Notes: generated from the sequence alone by a model not told the origin. A DNA stretch of 64,000 nucleotides from an uncultured Eubacteriales bacterium (GCA_948543815.1 CAOVHW010000004.1:10079-74078), one strand, 5' to 3'. Shown: positions 39,851 through 50,120, counted from the stretch's first letter. Program-made: numbers and translations.

Positions 39851-41239
39851 ATGCGAAAAATAAGTGAAGGTTTAACATTTGACGATGTTTTGATTTTACC
39901 GTCAAAATTATCTGTCAATTATGATGATATAAGTTTAACGACGAAGCTTACTCGTTCAATTTCATTAAATACTCCATTAATTAGTGCGGCATTAGAAACG
40001 GTAACGGAATCTAAAATGGCAATAGCAATTTCACGTCAAGGTGGTATTGGTATTATTCATAAAAATATGTCGATTGAGCAGCAAGCTACTGAGGTTGATA
40101 AAGTTAAACGTTCACAACACGGAGTTATAACGGATCCGTTTTTTTTGTCGCCAAATAATTACATATATGAAGCTGATGAACTTATGGCAAAATTTCATAT
40201 ATCAGGTGTACCAGTTTGTGAAAACGGTAAATTGGTTGGAATTATTACTAATCGTGATTTACGCTTTGAAACTAATCGTGAAAAAAAAATTTATGAGGTA
40301 ATGACTTCAAAAAATTTGATAACTGTGCCAGAAGGAACTACTTTTGATGAAGCTAAAAAAATTTTTGCTAAACATAAAATCGAAAAGCTACCAATAGTTG
40401 ACGGTGATAACAAGCTTAAGGGTTTAATAACTATTAAAGATATCCAAAAGCCGATTAAATATCCAAATTCTTCACGTGATAGCGCTGGTCGACTTTTAGT
40501 TGGTGCAGCTGTTGGATGCGATGATGATGATGTTTTGCGCGTTGAAAAACTTATTGAAGCAAAAGTTGATGTTGTTGTTGTCGAAGAAATTTATGGCTAT
40601 TCTGATAAAGTTATTGCGACAGTAAAATTATTAAAACAAAAATTTCCGTCGTTGCAAATTATTGCGGGAAATGTTGTTACGGTTGAAGCTGTACATGAAT
40701 TAATTGATGCCGGTGCAGACGCAATAAAAGTTGGATTTGGGACTTCTTCAGTTTCTGCCGCACATATTGTTTCGGGAGTTGGTATGCCACAACTTACGGC
40801 TATTTTTAATTGTGCAGAAGTTGCAAAAAAATATGACATACCAATAATTTCTGATGGCGGTATAAAATATTCCGGTGATATTACAAAAGCGATTGCTGCT
40901 GGAGCAAATGTTTGTATGATTGGCAATATGTTTGCAAGTTGTGATGAAAGCCCAGGTGATATTGAACTTTATCATGGTAGAAAATATAAAACTCATAAAG
41001 GATTTGTTGAGAATAATTTAGAAAATGTTGAGGGGCGTGTTGTATATACTGGTAAACTTTCTGATATGGCGAAGCATTTACTAAATGGTTTAAAATCTGG
41101 GATGTATTATTGTGGGGTAAAAACTATCGAAGATTTACAACAAGCTAATTTTATAAAAATAACAGAAGCAGGAATGCGTGAAAGTCATCCTCATGATATT
41201 CAAATTACCAAAGAAACTTATAATTATTCTGAACAATAA
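39851..41239 (+). CDS. IMP dehydrogenase homolog with a CBS pair but lacking the catalytic Cys loop and flap. Probable pseudoenzyme.
   Basis: Strongly GuaB-like throughout (GLTFDDVLILP, GGIGIIHKNMSIEQQ, CBS pair, ESHPHDIQITKE). Four regions differ. GIGPGSICTTR is GFGTSSVSAAH (Ser 40754-40756 in the Cys position). IDTAHGHS is VEEIYGYS. MDTVTE is LETVTE. The YRGMGS...RY flap is shortened to HKGFVENNLENVEGR. Confidence 0.8.
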   Translation: MRKISEGLTFDDVLILPSKLSVNYDDISLTTKLTRSISLNTPLISAALETVTESKMAIAISRQGGIGIIHKNMSIEQQATEVDKVKRSQHGVITDPFFLSPNNYIYEADELMAKFHISGVPVCENGKLVGIITNRDLRFETNREKKIYEVMTSKNLITVPEGTTFDEAKKIFAKHKIEKLPIVDGDNKLKGLITIKDIQKPIKYPNSSRDSAGRLLVGAAVGCDDDDVLRVEKLIEAKVDVVVVEEIYGYSDKVIATVKLLKQKFPSLQIIAGNVVTVEAVHELIDAGADAIKVGFGTSSVSAAHIVSGVGMPQLTAIFNCAEVAKKYDIPIISDGGIKYSGDITKAIAAGANVCMIGNMFASCDESPGDIELYHGRKYKTHKGFVENNLENVEGRVVYTGKLSDMAKHLLNGLKSGMYYCGVKTIEDLQQANFIKITEAGMRESHPHDIQITKETYNYSEQ

Positions 41240-41286
41240 AAAAATACAGTTTAAATTATTTTTATAAAAATAATAATATGAGAAAA

Positions 41287-41607
41287 CTAACTATTTTTTG
41301 CCGCGCCATGCCAATGCTTAACTTCGGACGGAATATTTACGATATCCTCCGCTTTAAGTGGTTGCGCATTTTTCCCCCACTCTTGATAATATCCACGACC
41401 ACCAGTTACAAGCAAAATTTGTCCACCTTTATGATGAATATGCCAATTATTTCGACAACCCGGCTCAAAAGTTACATTACAAATCGCAATACCTTCAGTT
41501 GTCAACATATTAAGATAACTTTGGCCGATAAAATATTTTGCGTACGCGGTATTTTTTTCACCGATTGGAAACACTGCTCCGCCGCCCAAACTTGTTTCTC
41601 TGTCCAT
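41287..41607 (-). CDS. Cupin-domain protein
   Basis: 106 aa with FEPGCRNNWHIHHKGGQILLVTGGRG and HWHGA, which is the cupin two-motif pattern. Confidence 0.7.
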   Translation of the reverse strand: MDRETSLGGGAVFPIGEKNTAYAKYFIGQSYLNMLTTEGIAICNVTFEPGCRNNWHIHHKGGQILLVTGGRGYYQEWGKNAQPLKAEDIVNIPSEVKHWHGAAKNS

Positions 41608-41684
41608 AACGAATCCCTCCTAATTTATTGCGTATTTTTTATCGTAACTTTTATTTTTTTTATTATTGTAACTGATTTTTAATA

Positions 41685-41915
41685 TTAGATCAAGAAATCT
41701 TGTAAAATTTTTTTTGCATCGTCAAAAATTTTTTCATTATGAATATTCATCTGAATATCTTTTGAAAGATCAAGACTAAGGACGCCCATAATTGATTTTG
41801 CATTTACAACATATCGGCCAGATATCAAATCAATTTCACTATCAAGATTTGAAACAATACCGACAAAATTTTTTATTTTATCGAGTGAGCTCAATGATAT
41901 ATTTAAACTTTTCAT
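41685..41915 (-). CDS. HPr-like small protein lacking the His15 phosphorylation motif
   Basis: 76 aa. VNAKSIMGVLSLDL matches the HPr/Crh Ser46 region. There is no GxHARPA-type N-terminal motif. Confidence 0.45.
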   Translation of the reverse strand: MKSLNISLSSLDKIKNFVGIVSNLDSEIDLISGRYVVNAKSIMGVLSLDLSKDIQMNIHNEKIFDDAKKILQDFLI

Positions 41916-42029
41916 GTTTAATCTCCTTTAACTTTTTAATAAATATTTTAGCATAACTCAAAAAAATTTGCGGCGATTTACAAAATTTATTATAATGAAC
42001 AAATTAAGTTTGCAAAGGAGATTTTTACT

Positions 42030-44387
42030 ATGCCCTATAATTTTTCTGAAATCGAAAAAAAATGGCGTACGTTTTGGAAAAATAACAAACCGCCAAAAAA
42101 TACTGACAAACCAAAATTTTATTGCCTAGATATGTTCCCTTATCCATCCGCTAGTGGTTTGCATGTTGGTCATTGGCGTGGGTACGTTTTAAGCGATGTT
42201 TTATGCCGCTACAAAATTTTGCAAGGCTTTGAAATTTTACATCCAATGGGTTGGGACGCATTTGGTCTGCCCGCAGAAAATTATGCTATAAAAATGAAAA
42301 CGCATCCGCGTATAAGCACTAATGAAAGTATAAATAATGTGCGTCGTCAGCTGAAAGAAATTAGTGCCGTTTATAATTGGGACCGCGAAATTAATACGAC
42401 TGACCCAAATTATTATAAGTGGACACAGTGGATTTTTTTGCAAATGTTTAAAAAAGGTTTGGCATACGAAAAAAAAATGCCACTTAATTGGTGCCCAAAT
42501 TGTAAAGCAGTATTGGCAAACGAAGAAGCAACTAACGGTGTTTGTGATAGATGTGGCTCACACGTTACAAAAAAAATGCTGCGGCAATGGATGTTAAAAA
42601 TTACTGACTACGCTGAAAGATTACTCGATGATTTGAAATTGTTAGATTGGCCGAAAAAAGTTAAAAAAATGCAAGAAGATTGGATTGGAAAAAGTTTTGG
42701 CGCATCAGTTGATTTCAAAATCGCCAATAAAAATTTGACAATCAAAGTTTTTACAACACGTCCTGATACTTTGTACGGCGCAACTTTTTTAGTTCTCGCA
42801 CCCGAGCACGAATTAATTGAACAATTAACTTTATCAAATCAAAAAAATTTAGTGGACGAATATATAAAGTCGGCGGCTGCAAAATCTTACGTCAATCGCA
42901 TGTCCGACAAAGAAAAAACCGGCGTATTCACCGGAAGTTTTGCCATCAATCCACTTACGAACAAAAAAATTCCTGTTTGGATTTCAGATTACGTTCTCGC
43001 TGACTACGGAACCGGCGCAATAATGTGCGTACCGGCACACGATGAACGCGATTTTGATTTCGCAAAAAAATTTGATTTGTCAATTATTCCTGTCATTGAA
43101 AATGATGTTATGATAAATTCTGATGAATTTAACGGTTTAAATTGTGATGATGCTAAAGAAAAAATTACTCAAAAACTTGAACAGCTCGGTATTGGAAAAC
43201 GAACTGTAAATTATAAATTGCGTGATTGGATTTTTTCACGCCAAAGATATTGGGGCGAACCTATTCCAATTATTCATTGTCCAAAATGTGGATTAGTTCC
43301 AGTCAACGAAAAAGATTTGCCGGTAATTTTACCTGACGTTGAAAATTATCAACCAACTGAAACCGGCGAATCACCGCTCGCTGCAATAGATGATTGGGTT
43401 AATGTTAAATGTCCAAAATGCGACGCAGCAGCTAAACGCGAAACAAATACTATGCCGCAATGGGCAGGCTCTTCTTGGTATTTTCTTCGCTATGCCGATC
43501 CTCATAATGATTCGTGCTTAGCAGGTACAAAACTTTTAAAAAAGTGGTTGCCCGTAGATTATTATGTAGGAGGAATTGAACATGCCGTTTTACATTTACT
43601 TTACGCCAGATTTTACACAAAATTTTTGTATGATATCGGCGTTGTCGATTTCAATGAACCATTTTTAAAATTGTTCAATCAAGGCATGATTAACAAAAAT
43701 AAAACCAAAATGAGTAAGTCAAAAGGAAATGTTGTTTCGCCGGACGAATTAGTAAAAAAATATGGATGCGATTCATTACGAATGTATGAATTATTTGTCG
43801 GCCCACCAGAATTAGATTGCGAATGGAATGACAATGGAATCGACGGCGTATTACGATTCCTAAATAAATTTTGGAATTTCATTTGCGAATATAAAGACAA
43901 AATTATCGAACCAACAAAAAAATTGACAATAATGCGCAATAAAATGATTTTTGAAATTACGAATCGCATTGAAAATTTATCATTGAATACGGTCGTCAGC
44001 GGATTTATGGAATTTACAAATAATTTTATTGAGATTTGTAAAAATGAAAATGGAATTGATTCACAAACACTTTCAGCGATTATAATTATGCTCGCACCTT
44101 TTGCTCCACATTTAAGTGAAGAATTATGGCAAATAATCGGCAATAATAAATCTATTTTCGAAGAAAAATGGCCGACATATGACAAAAATAATATGCAAGA
44201 TGAAACTGTTAATATCGTTTTGCAAATAAACGGCAAATTACGTTCAAATATTAATGTTGATATAAATTTACCAAAAGATGAAATAATTTCATTAGCAAAA
44301 GAAAATTTAAAAACACGTCTTGATGACAAAACTATCGTAAAAGAAATTTATGTTCCGAATAAAATTGTAAACTTTGTTGTAAAATAA
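42030..44387 (+). CDS. leuS: Leucyl-tRNA synthetase
   Basis: 785 aa with the HIGH-type motif GLHVGHWRGY, KMSKSKGN and a CP1 editing insert. Confidence 0.95.
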   Translation: MPYNFSEIEKKWRTFWKNNKPPKNTDKPKFYCLDMFPYPSASGLHVGHWRGYVLSDVLCRYKILQGFEILHPMGWDAFGLPAENYAIKMKTHPRISTNESINNVRRQLKEISAVYNWDREINTTDPNYYKWTQWIFLQMFKKGLAYEKKMPLNWCPNCKAVLANEEATNGVCDRCGSHVTKKMLRQWMLKITDYAERLLDDLKLLDWPKKVKKMQEDWIGKSFGASVDFKIANKNLTIKVFTTRPDTLYGATFLVLAPEHELIEQLTLSNQKNLVDEYIKSAAAKSYVNRMSDKEKTGVFTGSFAINPLTNKKIPVWISDYVLADYGTGAIMCVPAHDERDFDFAKKFDLSIIPVIENDVMINSDEFNGLNCDDAKEKITQKLEQLGIGKRTVNYKLRDWIFSRQRYWGEPIPIIHCPKCGLVPVNEKDLPVILPDVENYQPTETGESPLAAIDDWVNVKCPKCDAAAKRETNTMPQWAGSSWYFLRYADPHNDSCLAGTKLLKKWLPVDYYVGGIEHAVLHLLYARFYTKFLYDIGVVDFNEPFLKLFNQGMINKNKTKMSKSKGNVVSPDELVKKYGCDSLRMYELFVGPPELDCEWNDNGIDGVLRFLNKFWNFICEYKDKIIEPTKKLTIMRNKMIFEITNRIENLSLNTVVSGFMEFTNNFIEICKNENGIDSQTLSAIIIMLAPFAPHLSEELWQIIGNNKSIFEEKWPTYDKNNMQDETVNIVLQINGKLRSNINVDINLPKDEIISLAKENLKTRLDDKTIVKEIYVPNKIVNFVVK

Positions 44388-44413
44388 AAAAATCCGCTTA
44401 TGCGGATTTTTTT
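44386..44413. terminator. Bidirectional rho-independent terminator between leuS and the 472-aa orphan
   Basis: aaaaaatccgc-ttat-gcggattttttt. An A-run and a T-run flank a 6-bp GC-containing core. Confidence 0.75.
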
Positions 44414-44416
44414 ATT

Positions 44417-45817
44417 TTAAAAGTTTTTCATCAAAGAAGCCAAACCTGCCAATTTCATTTTCGTCGCAAAATCTTTACATTGTCCAAAACTACTTTTAAG
44501 TTGTTGCTGCGCTTTTTTGTTTAAATTTTTTATAAAAATTTTTTGTTGCTCGGACTTGAGCGCAATTAACAAATTATTTATGTAATCAAAATTAACGCTG
44601 CCATCGTCTTTTGAAACTTTATCTTTTAAATCATCAACGTTTTGCGATTGTAAAACTTTTTGTGCAGTTCCGCCACCAAAATTAAAATACAAATTCAAAT
44701 GAATTGCTAATGCCTCATTTGGATCAATTAATTTTGTATTTTGATGTTCGGAAAAATAATTTTCATATTGATCAACAAGAAAATTCACTGCATCGATATC
44801 GCTCAATTTTGAAATATCTAACAAAAATTGATTTGTACTTTCATTTTTATTGATGATATCAAAATAAGAATTTATTTTTTGCAAATCGCGGCCATTTTTT
44901 TGCGCATATTTTATCAAATTTGCTATAACTTCCGGCTTTGATTTATCCGATGCTAAAATTTCTTTAATATTATCTTGCGCAAATTCATAAAATTGCGGGC
45001 AAACTTTAATTATTTCTGCTAAAGATTCTGGCGTTTTATATTTGCACAAAATTTTGTACATATCTTCGGACAAATTTTCTTTTAGCAAATCATTTACATT
45101 TTCTTCTGTCACATAATCAAACAAAATTTTCAAATAATGTTCACTTTTATTTCGTAGATTTTCCAATTCAACAAATGGATCGTTTTCCAAAAATATAAAA
45201 TCAAGGACTTGTTGCTCATCAACCATGTTAAAAGATATTTTCAATTCATTGAGCATACGTTTTGCGAGTTTCGCATCAATTGCATATTTCAATGCCAACG
45301 ATTTTGTTTTTTCAAATCCTTCTTCATCATGCTCACGTTTAAAAACAATATCAAACGCATCCATAAACTCTTGCTGTTTGCCGAGCCACATTATTTGTGA
45401 ATCTGAAATATAAACAAAATTATTGCTAAGTGTTTCGCGGACATCATTAAAATTTTCTGGCGGCTCAGTTTCTTTTTCTTTCTGTTCAAATGATTTCCCA
45501 ATATACCAAACAATTACGGCCAATGCAGTTTCAAATTCTTTTGGCACATTTTTAAAATTATCGAAAATAAATTTCCACTCTAAAGCGCGTGGATAATAAA
45601 TTGTATTGTAATAAGTATGATTTTGGAAAAATCCGAACGGAATCAAATTTTTCGTATTAACTTGCTCAATATTATATTTCACAACTTCGGGGAAAAAAAC
45701 ATTCATTGCGCGCTCAGCAAAACCTTCAAAAGTTGGAGGTTTTGAGCACATCGCATTTAATTCGATGTCAGCATCATTTAACGTACTTGCCAAATAAGTT
45801 TTTATTTGTTTTTCCAT
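44417..45817 (-). CDS. Orphan protein of about 466 aa, helical, no TM segment. Function unknown.
   Basis: Long ORF. The ATG at 45817 (MEKQIKTYL) lies 11 nt after AGGTGAGGG. The ORF-track GTG at 45835 sits inside that RBS. Confidence 0.8.
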   Translation of the reverse strand: MEKQIKTYLASTLNDADIELNAMCSKPPTFEGFAERAMNVFFPEVVKYNIEQVNTKNLIPFGFFQNHTYYNTIYYPRALEWKFIFDNFKNVPKEFETALAVIVWYIGKSFEQKEKETEPPENFNDVRETLSNNFVYISDSQIMWLGKQQEFMDAFDIVFKREHDEEGFEKTKSLALKYAIDAKLAKRMLNELKISFNMVDEQQVLDFIFLENDPFVELENLRNKSEHYLKILFDYVTEENVNDLLKENLSEDMYKILCKYKTPESLAEIIKVCPQFYEFAQDNIKEILASDKSKPEVIANLIKYAQKNGRDLQKINSYFDIINKNESTNQFLLDISKLSDIDAVNFLVDQYENYFSEHQNTKLIDPNEALAIHLNLYFNFGGGTAQKVLQSQNVDDLKDKVSKDDGSVNFDYINNLLIALKSEQQKIFIKNLNKKAQQQLKSSFGQCKDFATKMKLAGLASLMKNF

Positions 45818-45971
45818 AATAACAACGTCCCTCACCTAATTTTTTATTTATTTTATCATTATGCGAAAAAATTTTCATTAAAATTTTAATGGAAATCAAT
45901 TAAATTTTTCATGAAAAATTTTTTAAAAATTACCGCCATATTTGATATAATTGTAAAAAATTTTTTTGGGG

Positions 45972-46658
45972 ATGAAAAGTTTGGCCTATAAAATTTTAAT
46001 TGTCGACGATGAAAAATTAATTGTCAAAGGAATTAAATTCAGTCTTCAACAAGATAATATGATAGTTGATACCGCTTTTGACGGCGAAGAAGCTATCAAC
46101 ATGATTAAAAATAATAATTACGATTTGCTCATACTCGACTTAATGCTGCCAAAAATTAGCGGCCTTGATGTTTGCCAGCAATGTCGAGAATTTTCTCACG
46201 TTCCAATAATTATGCTTACGGCAAAAGGTGAAGATATGGACAAAATTATTGGACTCGAATATGGCGCCGATGATTATATGACAAAACCATTTAACATTTT
46301 AGAATTAAAAGCACGAATAAAAGCAATTTTACGTCGCAGTAAAAATGAACAGCCATCAAATTTATTAAAATTTCGTGAGATTGAAATCGATACCGATACG
46401 AAAAGAGTTTTTGTCAATGGCAAAGAAAAAAAATTAACGGTAAAAGAATTTATTTTGCTAGAAATTTTGATGTCTAACCCTCAAAAAATTTATAGTCGTG
46501 AAAATTTATTGAAAATGGTTTGGGGAAAAGATTATCCGGGCGATGAACGAACAGTTGATGTCCATATAAGACGATTACGTGAAAAAATTGAGCCAAATCC
46601 AAGTATGCCTGACTATATCCAAACAAAATGGGGAGTTGGTTACTATTTCAAAAAATAG
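45972..46658 (+). CDS. OmpR/PhoB-family response regulator
   Basis: Receiver domain ILIVDDE...LLILDLMLPKISG...MLTAK, plus a winged-helix output domain (TVDVHIRRLREKIE, GVGYYF). The start could be TTG 45966 or ATG 45972. Confidence 0.9.
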   Translation: MKSLAYKILIVDDEKLIVKGIKFSLQQDNMIVDTAFDGEEAINMIKNNNYDLLILDLMLPKISGLDVCQQCREFSHVPIIMLTAKGEDMDKIIGLEYGADDYMTKPFNILELKARIKAILRRSKNEQPSNLLKFREIEIDTDTKRVFVNGKEKKLTVKEFILLEILMSNPQKIYSRENLLKMVWGKDYPGDERTVDVHIRRLREKIEPNPSMPDYIQTKWGVGYYFKK

Positions 46659-48051
46659 ACTCAGCTTACAATCAAAATTAATTTTGAGTCATATCCTCAT
46701 CAGTTTTGTCCCACTATTTATTTTTTCATTTCTCATGACAAATTTAATGGAAAATTATTTTAGAAAGGACCGCAGTAAAATTTTATTGACCGACGCCAAT
46801 ATTATTGCAACCAACATTGCAAACTATATGGATGATAAAAACAAGTTTGACTACGAAATTGAAAAAAAAAGTGAGGAAGGCGGATATCGCATAATTGTTT
46901 TCGACACTATGGGAACAGTCATAAACGATTCAAATAAAAGTGATATCGGCAAAATTTATATCATTCCCGAAGTTATCGACACACTTAAAAAAAAAGACCA
47001 TACCGTTTTACGTAAAAAGGAACGTAGATTCTACAGCTGCGCTTCAATTTTAAATCAAAAATCTGAAAAAATTGGTGCAGTATTAATCGTTTCATCGGCT
47101 GAAGAAATATTTTCGGTGTTAGATGAAATACGCAAAAAATTATTTTTAATCACAATTTTTACATGCGCCATTATTTTTGTTCTCGCATTTTTCATTGCAA
47201 ATTTAATAATGGAACCATTGAAAAAAATATTGGCGGTATTAGAAAAAATATCGGCAGGCCAACTCGACCAGCGCATCGAAATTAAAAATAAAAATGAATT
47301 TGCACAACTCGCATCTTCATTCAATAAAATGACAAATAAACTAGCGCAAATTGAAAATACGCGTGAAGAATTTGTCTCAAATGTTTCACATGAATTAAAA
47401 ACGCCACTAAGTGCGATAAAAGTTTTGACAGAATCAATGCTCAATGAAAAAGATATTCCACTCGATATTTATCGAGAGTTTTTAAGCGATATAAATTCTG
47501 AAATCGACCGCATGACAAATATCGTTAACGATTTACTCACGCTCGTAAAACTTGATAAAAAACGCTTTCCGTTAAATATATCTGACACAAATTTAAATAA
47601 TATGCTCGAAAATATAATTAAACGTTTGACACCATTGGCCGACAAAAAAAATATTGAACTCGAATTTACTTGCAACAAAAATATAATGCTGCAAGCTGAT
47701 GAAATGAAACTCAGTCTTGCAATTTCAAATTTAATTGACAACGGAATAAAATACACGCCATCTGGCGGCAAAGTTAAAATCAATATTGACAGCGATGAAA
47801 ATTTCGCTTACATAACTGTCCAAGACAACGGGATAGGAATAAATGAAAGCGAACAGGAAAAAATATTTGAACGATTCTATCGCATTGATAAAACTCGCGA
47901 CCGTGAGACTGGCGGCACCGGTTTAGGTCTTTCCATTACAAATTCCACAATTATTATGCACAATGGAAATATAAAATTAACAAGCGATGAAGGATTGGGC
48001 ACAACATTTGTTATCACAATCCCACTTAAGTGTGCAAAACAAAATATGTAA
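46579..48051 (+). CDS. Sensor histidine kinase (2 TM, HAMP, HisKA, HATPase_c)
   Basis: H-box FVSNVSHELKTPL, N-box NLIDNGIKYTP, and G-boxes DNGIGI and GGTGLGLSI. The start is uncertain. The ORF-track start overlaps the regulator by 80 nt. Confidence 0.85.
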   Translation: MKKLSQIQVCLTISKQNGELVTISKNRLSLQSKLILSHILISFVPLFIFSFLMTNLMENYFRKDRSKILLTDANIIATNIANYMDDKNKFDYEIEKKSEEGGYRIIVFDTMGTVINDSNKSDIGKIYIIPEVIDTLKKKDHTVLRKKERRFYSCASILNQKSEKIGAVLIVSSAEEIFSVLDEIRKKLFLITIFTCAIIFVLAFFIANLIMEPLKKILAVLEKISAGQLDQRIEIKNKNEFAQLASSFNKMTNKLAQIENTREEFVSNVSHELKTPLSAIKVLTESMLNEKDIPLDIYREFLSDINSEIDRMTNIVNDLLTLVKLDKKRFPLNISDTNLNNMLENIIKRLTPLADKKNIELEFTCNKNIMLQADEMKLSLAISNLIDNGIKYTPSGGKVKINIDSDENFAYITVQDNGIGINESEQEKIFERFYRIDKTRDRETGGTGLGLSITNSTIIMHNGNIKLTSDEGLGTTFVITIPLKCAKQNM

Positions 48052-48106
48052 TAAAAAATGATGGCTTGTCATAAAATTTATCAACCAATAAAGAAGGTGA
48101 TAAATT

Positions 48107-49015
48107 TTGCGGCAAACCATTGAAAATTCTTTATGCGTTGACGTAAGAAATCTTTTCCAAAAATTTGTAAGCGATGATTTTTTCAATAATATCGAAGAAA
48201 TTCGTTTGCGTATTGAAAAGCCAATAATAATCAAAAATAAAAAAAACGAATGGTCAATAACTAATGACACTCTCACAAAAAATATTTTATCGGGCTACGT
48301 TGTAACAAAAAAAAATTTATACGAAACTTTTGAACTCATTACAAATTATTCGGCATACGCTTTTGAAAATGAAATCAAAAACGGATTCATAACAATAGCC
48401 GGCGGCCATCGAATTGGTTTGGCTGGAAAAATTGTAAGCGAAGCTGGAAAAATAAAAACTATCAACAATATAAGCTCTCTTAATTTTCGTATCGCCCACG
48501 AAATAAAAAATTGTGCACAATCAATTATAAAATATGTATCAAATCCGTTGACCAATACAATAATTATTTCTCCACCTGGTTGCGGCAAAACAACTCTTTT
48601 ACGCGATTTAATTCGCATTTTGAGCGAATATTACACAATTTCCGTAATCGATGAACGTTCAGAAATTGGAAGCTGTTATCTTGGAATTGCGCAAAATGAT
48701 TTAGGATTGCACACTGACATTTTAGATTCTTGCCCAAAAACTGAAGGAATGCTTATGGCGTTAAGAACAATGAGTCCGCAAATCATTGCCGTCGATGAAA
48801 TTGGAACACTTGATGACGCACGAGCAATAAAAAATATTACAAACTCCGGTGTAAAAATAATTTGTACACTTCACGGAAAAAATTTATCCGATATAAAAAA
48901 TCGTGAATTTATTAAATCAATGGTAAATGAAAAAATTTTTGAGCGCTATATTTTTTTACAAGAAATCGGAAAAATATCAAATATTTATGACGAAAATTTG
49001 GAAAAAATTTTATGA
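48107..49015 (+). CDS. spoIIIAA: Stage III sporulation protein AA (ATPase)
   Basis: Walker A SPPGCGKTTLLRDL and Walker B IAVDEIG. It is followed by AB, AC and AD homologs. TTG start after GAAGGTGA. Confidence 0.85.
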   Translation: MRQTIENSLCVDVRNLFQKFVSDDFFNNIEEIRLRIEKPIIIKNKKNEWSITNDTLTKNILSGYVVTKKNLYETFELITNYSAYAFENEIKNGFITIAGGHRIGLAGKIVSEAGKIKTINNISSLNFRIAHEIKNCAQSIIKYVSNPLTNTIIISPPGCGKTTLLRDLIRILSEYYTISVIDERSEIGSCYLGIAQNDLGLHTDILDSCPKTEGMLMALRTMSPQIIAVDEIGTLDDARAIKNITNSGVKIICTLHGKNLSDIKNREFIKSMVNEKIFERYIFLQEIGKISNIYDENLEKIL

Positions 49016-49524
49016 AAATCATTGGCGCAATTTTAGTTTTTATTTCATCAGCACTCTTAGGATTACAGACCGCGTTGAAAATAAAATTTCATATTAATAA
49101 TTTGAAAAAAATTTGTATGGCTCTAAACATTTTAGAGTCAGAAATAGAATTTGGTGTATTAACTTTATATGAAGCTGCAAAAAATATTTCTGGAAACTCG
49201 AACTCATTCGTCCGTGAAATATTCTCGCAAATTGCAAAACAACTTGAAAAAAAATCAAACTGTGCAAAAAATATTTGGCTCGATTCAATAAATTCCGTAT
49301 CGCAAAATATTTACATTGACAGCGATGATATTGCAACGTTAAATTCTTTTGCCAATGTAATTTCAAATATCGACCGTCAATTGCAATTAAAAAGTTTGCA
49401 AACAATAATTTATCAATTAGAAAAAAAAATTGCGCTGCTCGAAACAAAATATCAAAATGAAAAAAAATTGCATTGTAATCTCGGAATTTTATTCGGAATT
49501 TTAATCGTAATTATATTTATTTGA
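49012..49524 (+). CDS. spoIIIAB: Stage III sporulation protein AB
   Basis: 170 aa with an N-terminal TM segment. Its position and size match SpoIIIAB. It overlaps spoIIIAA by ATGA. Confidence 0.7.
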   Translation: MKIIGAILVFISSALLGLQTALKIKFHINNLKKICMALNILESEIEFGVLTLYEAAKNISGNSNSFVREIFSQIAKQLEKKSNCAKNIWLDSINSVSQNIYIDSDDIATLNSFANVISNIDRQLQLKSLQTIIYQLEKKIALLETKYQNEKKLHCNLGILFGILIVIIFI

Positions 49525-49533
49525 GGTGAGAAA

Positions 49534-49728
49534 ATGGACATCAATATCATTTTTCAAATTGCGGCCGTCGGAATTTTAGTTTCAGTCCTAAATCAAGTTT
49601 TGATACGGGCTGGCCGTGAAGAACAAGCTATGCTTACAACTTTGGCAGGTTTAGTTGTCGTTTTGTTCTCCGTCATTACTCATATAAACAATTTATTTTT
49701 GACAGTACGCGAATTATTTAATCTTTAG
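49534..49728 (+). CDS. spoIIIAC: Stage III sporulation protein AC
   Basis: 64 aa, 2 TM: IFQIAAVGILVSVLNQVLIRAGREEQAMLTTLAGLVVVL. This is the characteristic SpoIIIAC sequence. Confidence 0.85.
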   Translation: MDINIIFQIAAVGILVSVLNQVLIRAGREEQAMLTTLAGLVVVLFSVITHINNLFLTVRELFNL

Positions 49729-49736
49729 GTGAGAAA

Positions 49737-50120
49737 ATGCTCATAGCAAAAATTTCGGCATTCGGAATAATAATCGCAATCGTAATAATTTTATTACGGC
49801 ATGAAAATAAAGAACTTGCAATTGTTTTAAGTTTAATGTCAGGAATTTTTATTTTTTCTCTTACCATTCTTGAATTAAATAACGTATTAATTGAAATAAA
49901 AAGTATAACGCAAAATTTTCATATCAATCCTATTTATCCAACAATATTATTTAAAATAATTGGTATCGCTTATATCTGTGAATTCGCATCACAAATTTGT
50001 ATCGATGCCGGTGAAAAATCTATCGCAGATAAAATTGAAGTTGGCGGTAAAATTTTAATTATGTCCGCATCAATTCCAATTCTAAATGATTTATTAGAAA
50101 TAATATTAAATATGATTTAA
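49737..50120 (+). CDS. spoIIIAD: Stage III sporulation protein AD
   Basis: 127 aa polytopic protein in the SpoIIIAD position, containing ICEFASQICIDAGEKSIADKIE. Confidence 0.75.
   Translation: MLIAKISAFGIIIAIVIILLRHENKELAIVLSLMSGIFIFSLTILELNNVLIEIKSITQNFHINPIYPTILFKIIGIAYICEFASQICIDAGEKSIADKIEVGGKILIMSASIPILNDLLEIILNMI

Noticed and set aside
41278-41682. Plus-strand 134-aa ORF, and similar antisense ORFs inside leuS (43679..44329), the DAACS gene (53049..53477) and rpoB (62398..63838)
   Set aside because: Each lies opposite a gene with clear family motifs (cupin, LeuRS, DAACS, RpoB) and has no RBS or recognisable features.
41916-42029. T-box leaders upstream of leuS, and likewise trpS (58075..58213) and cysS
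   Set aside because: The leaders are about 114, 139 and 35 nt. These are too short for a specifier stem plus an antiterminator, and no T-box core sequence is visible.
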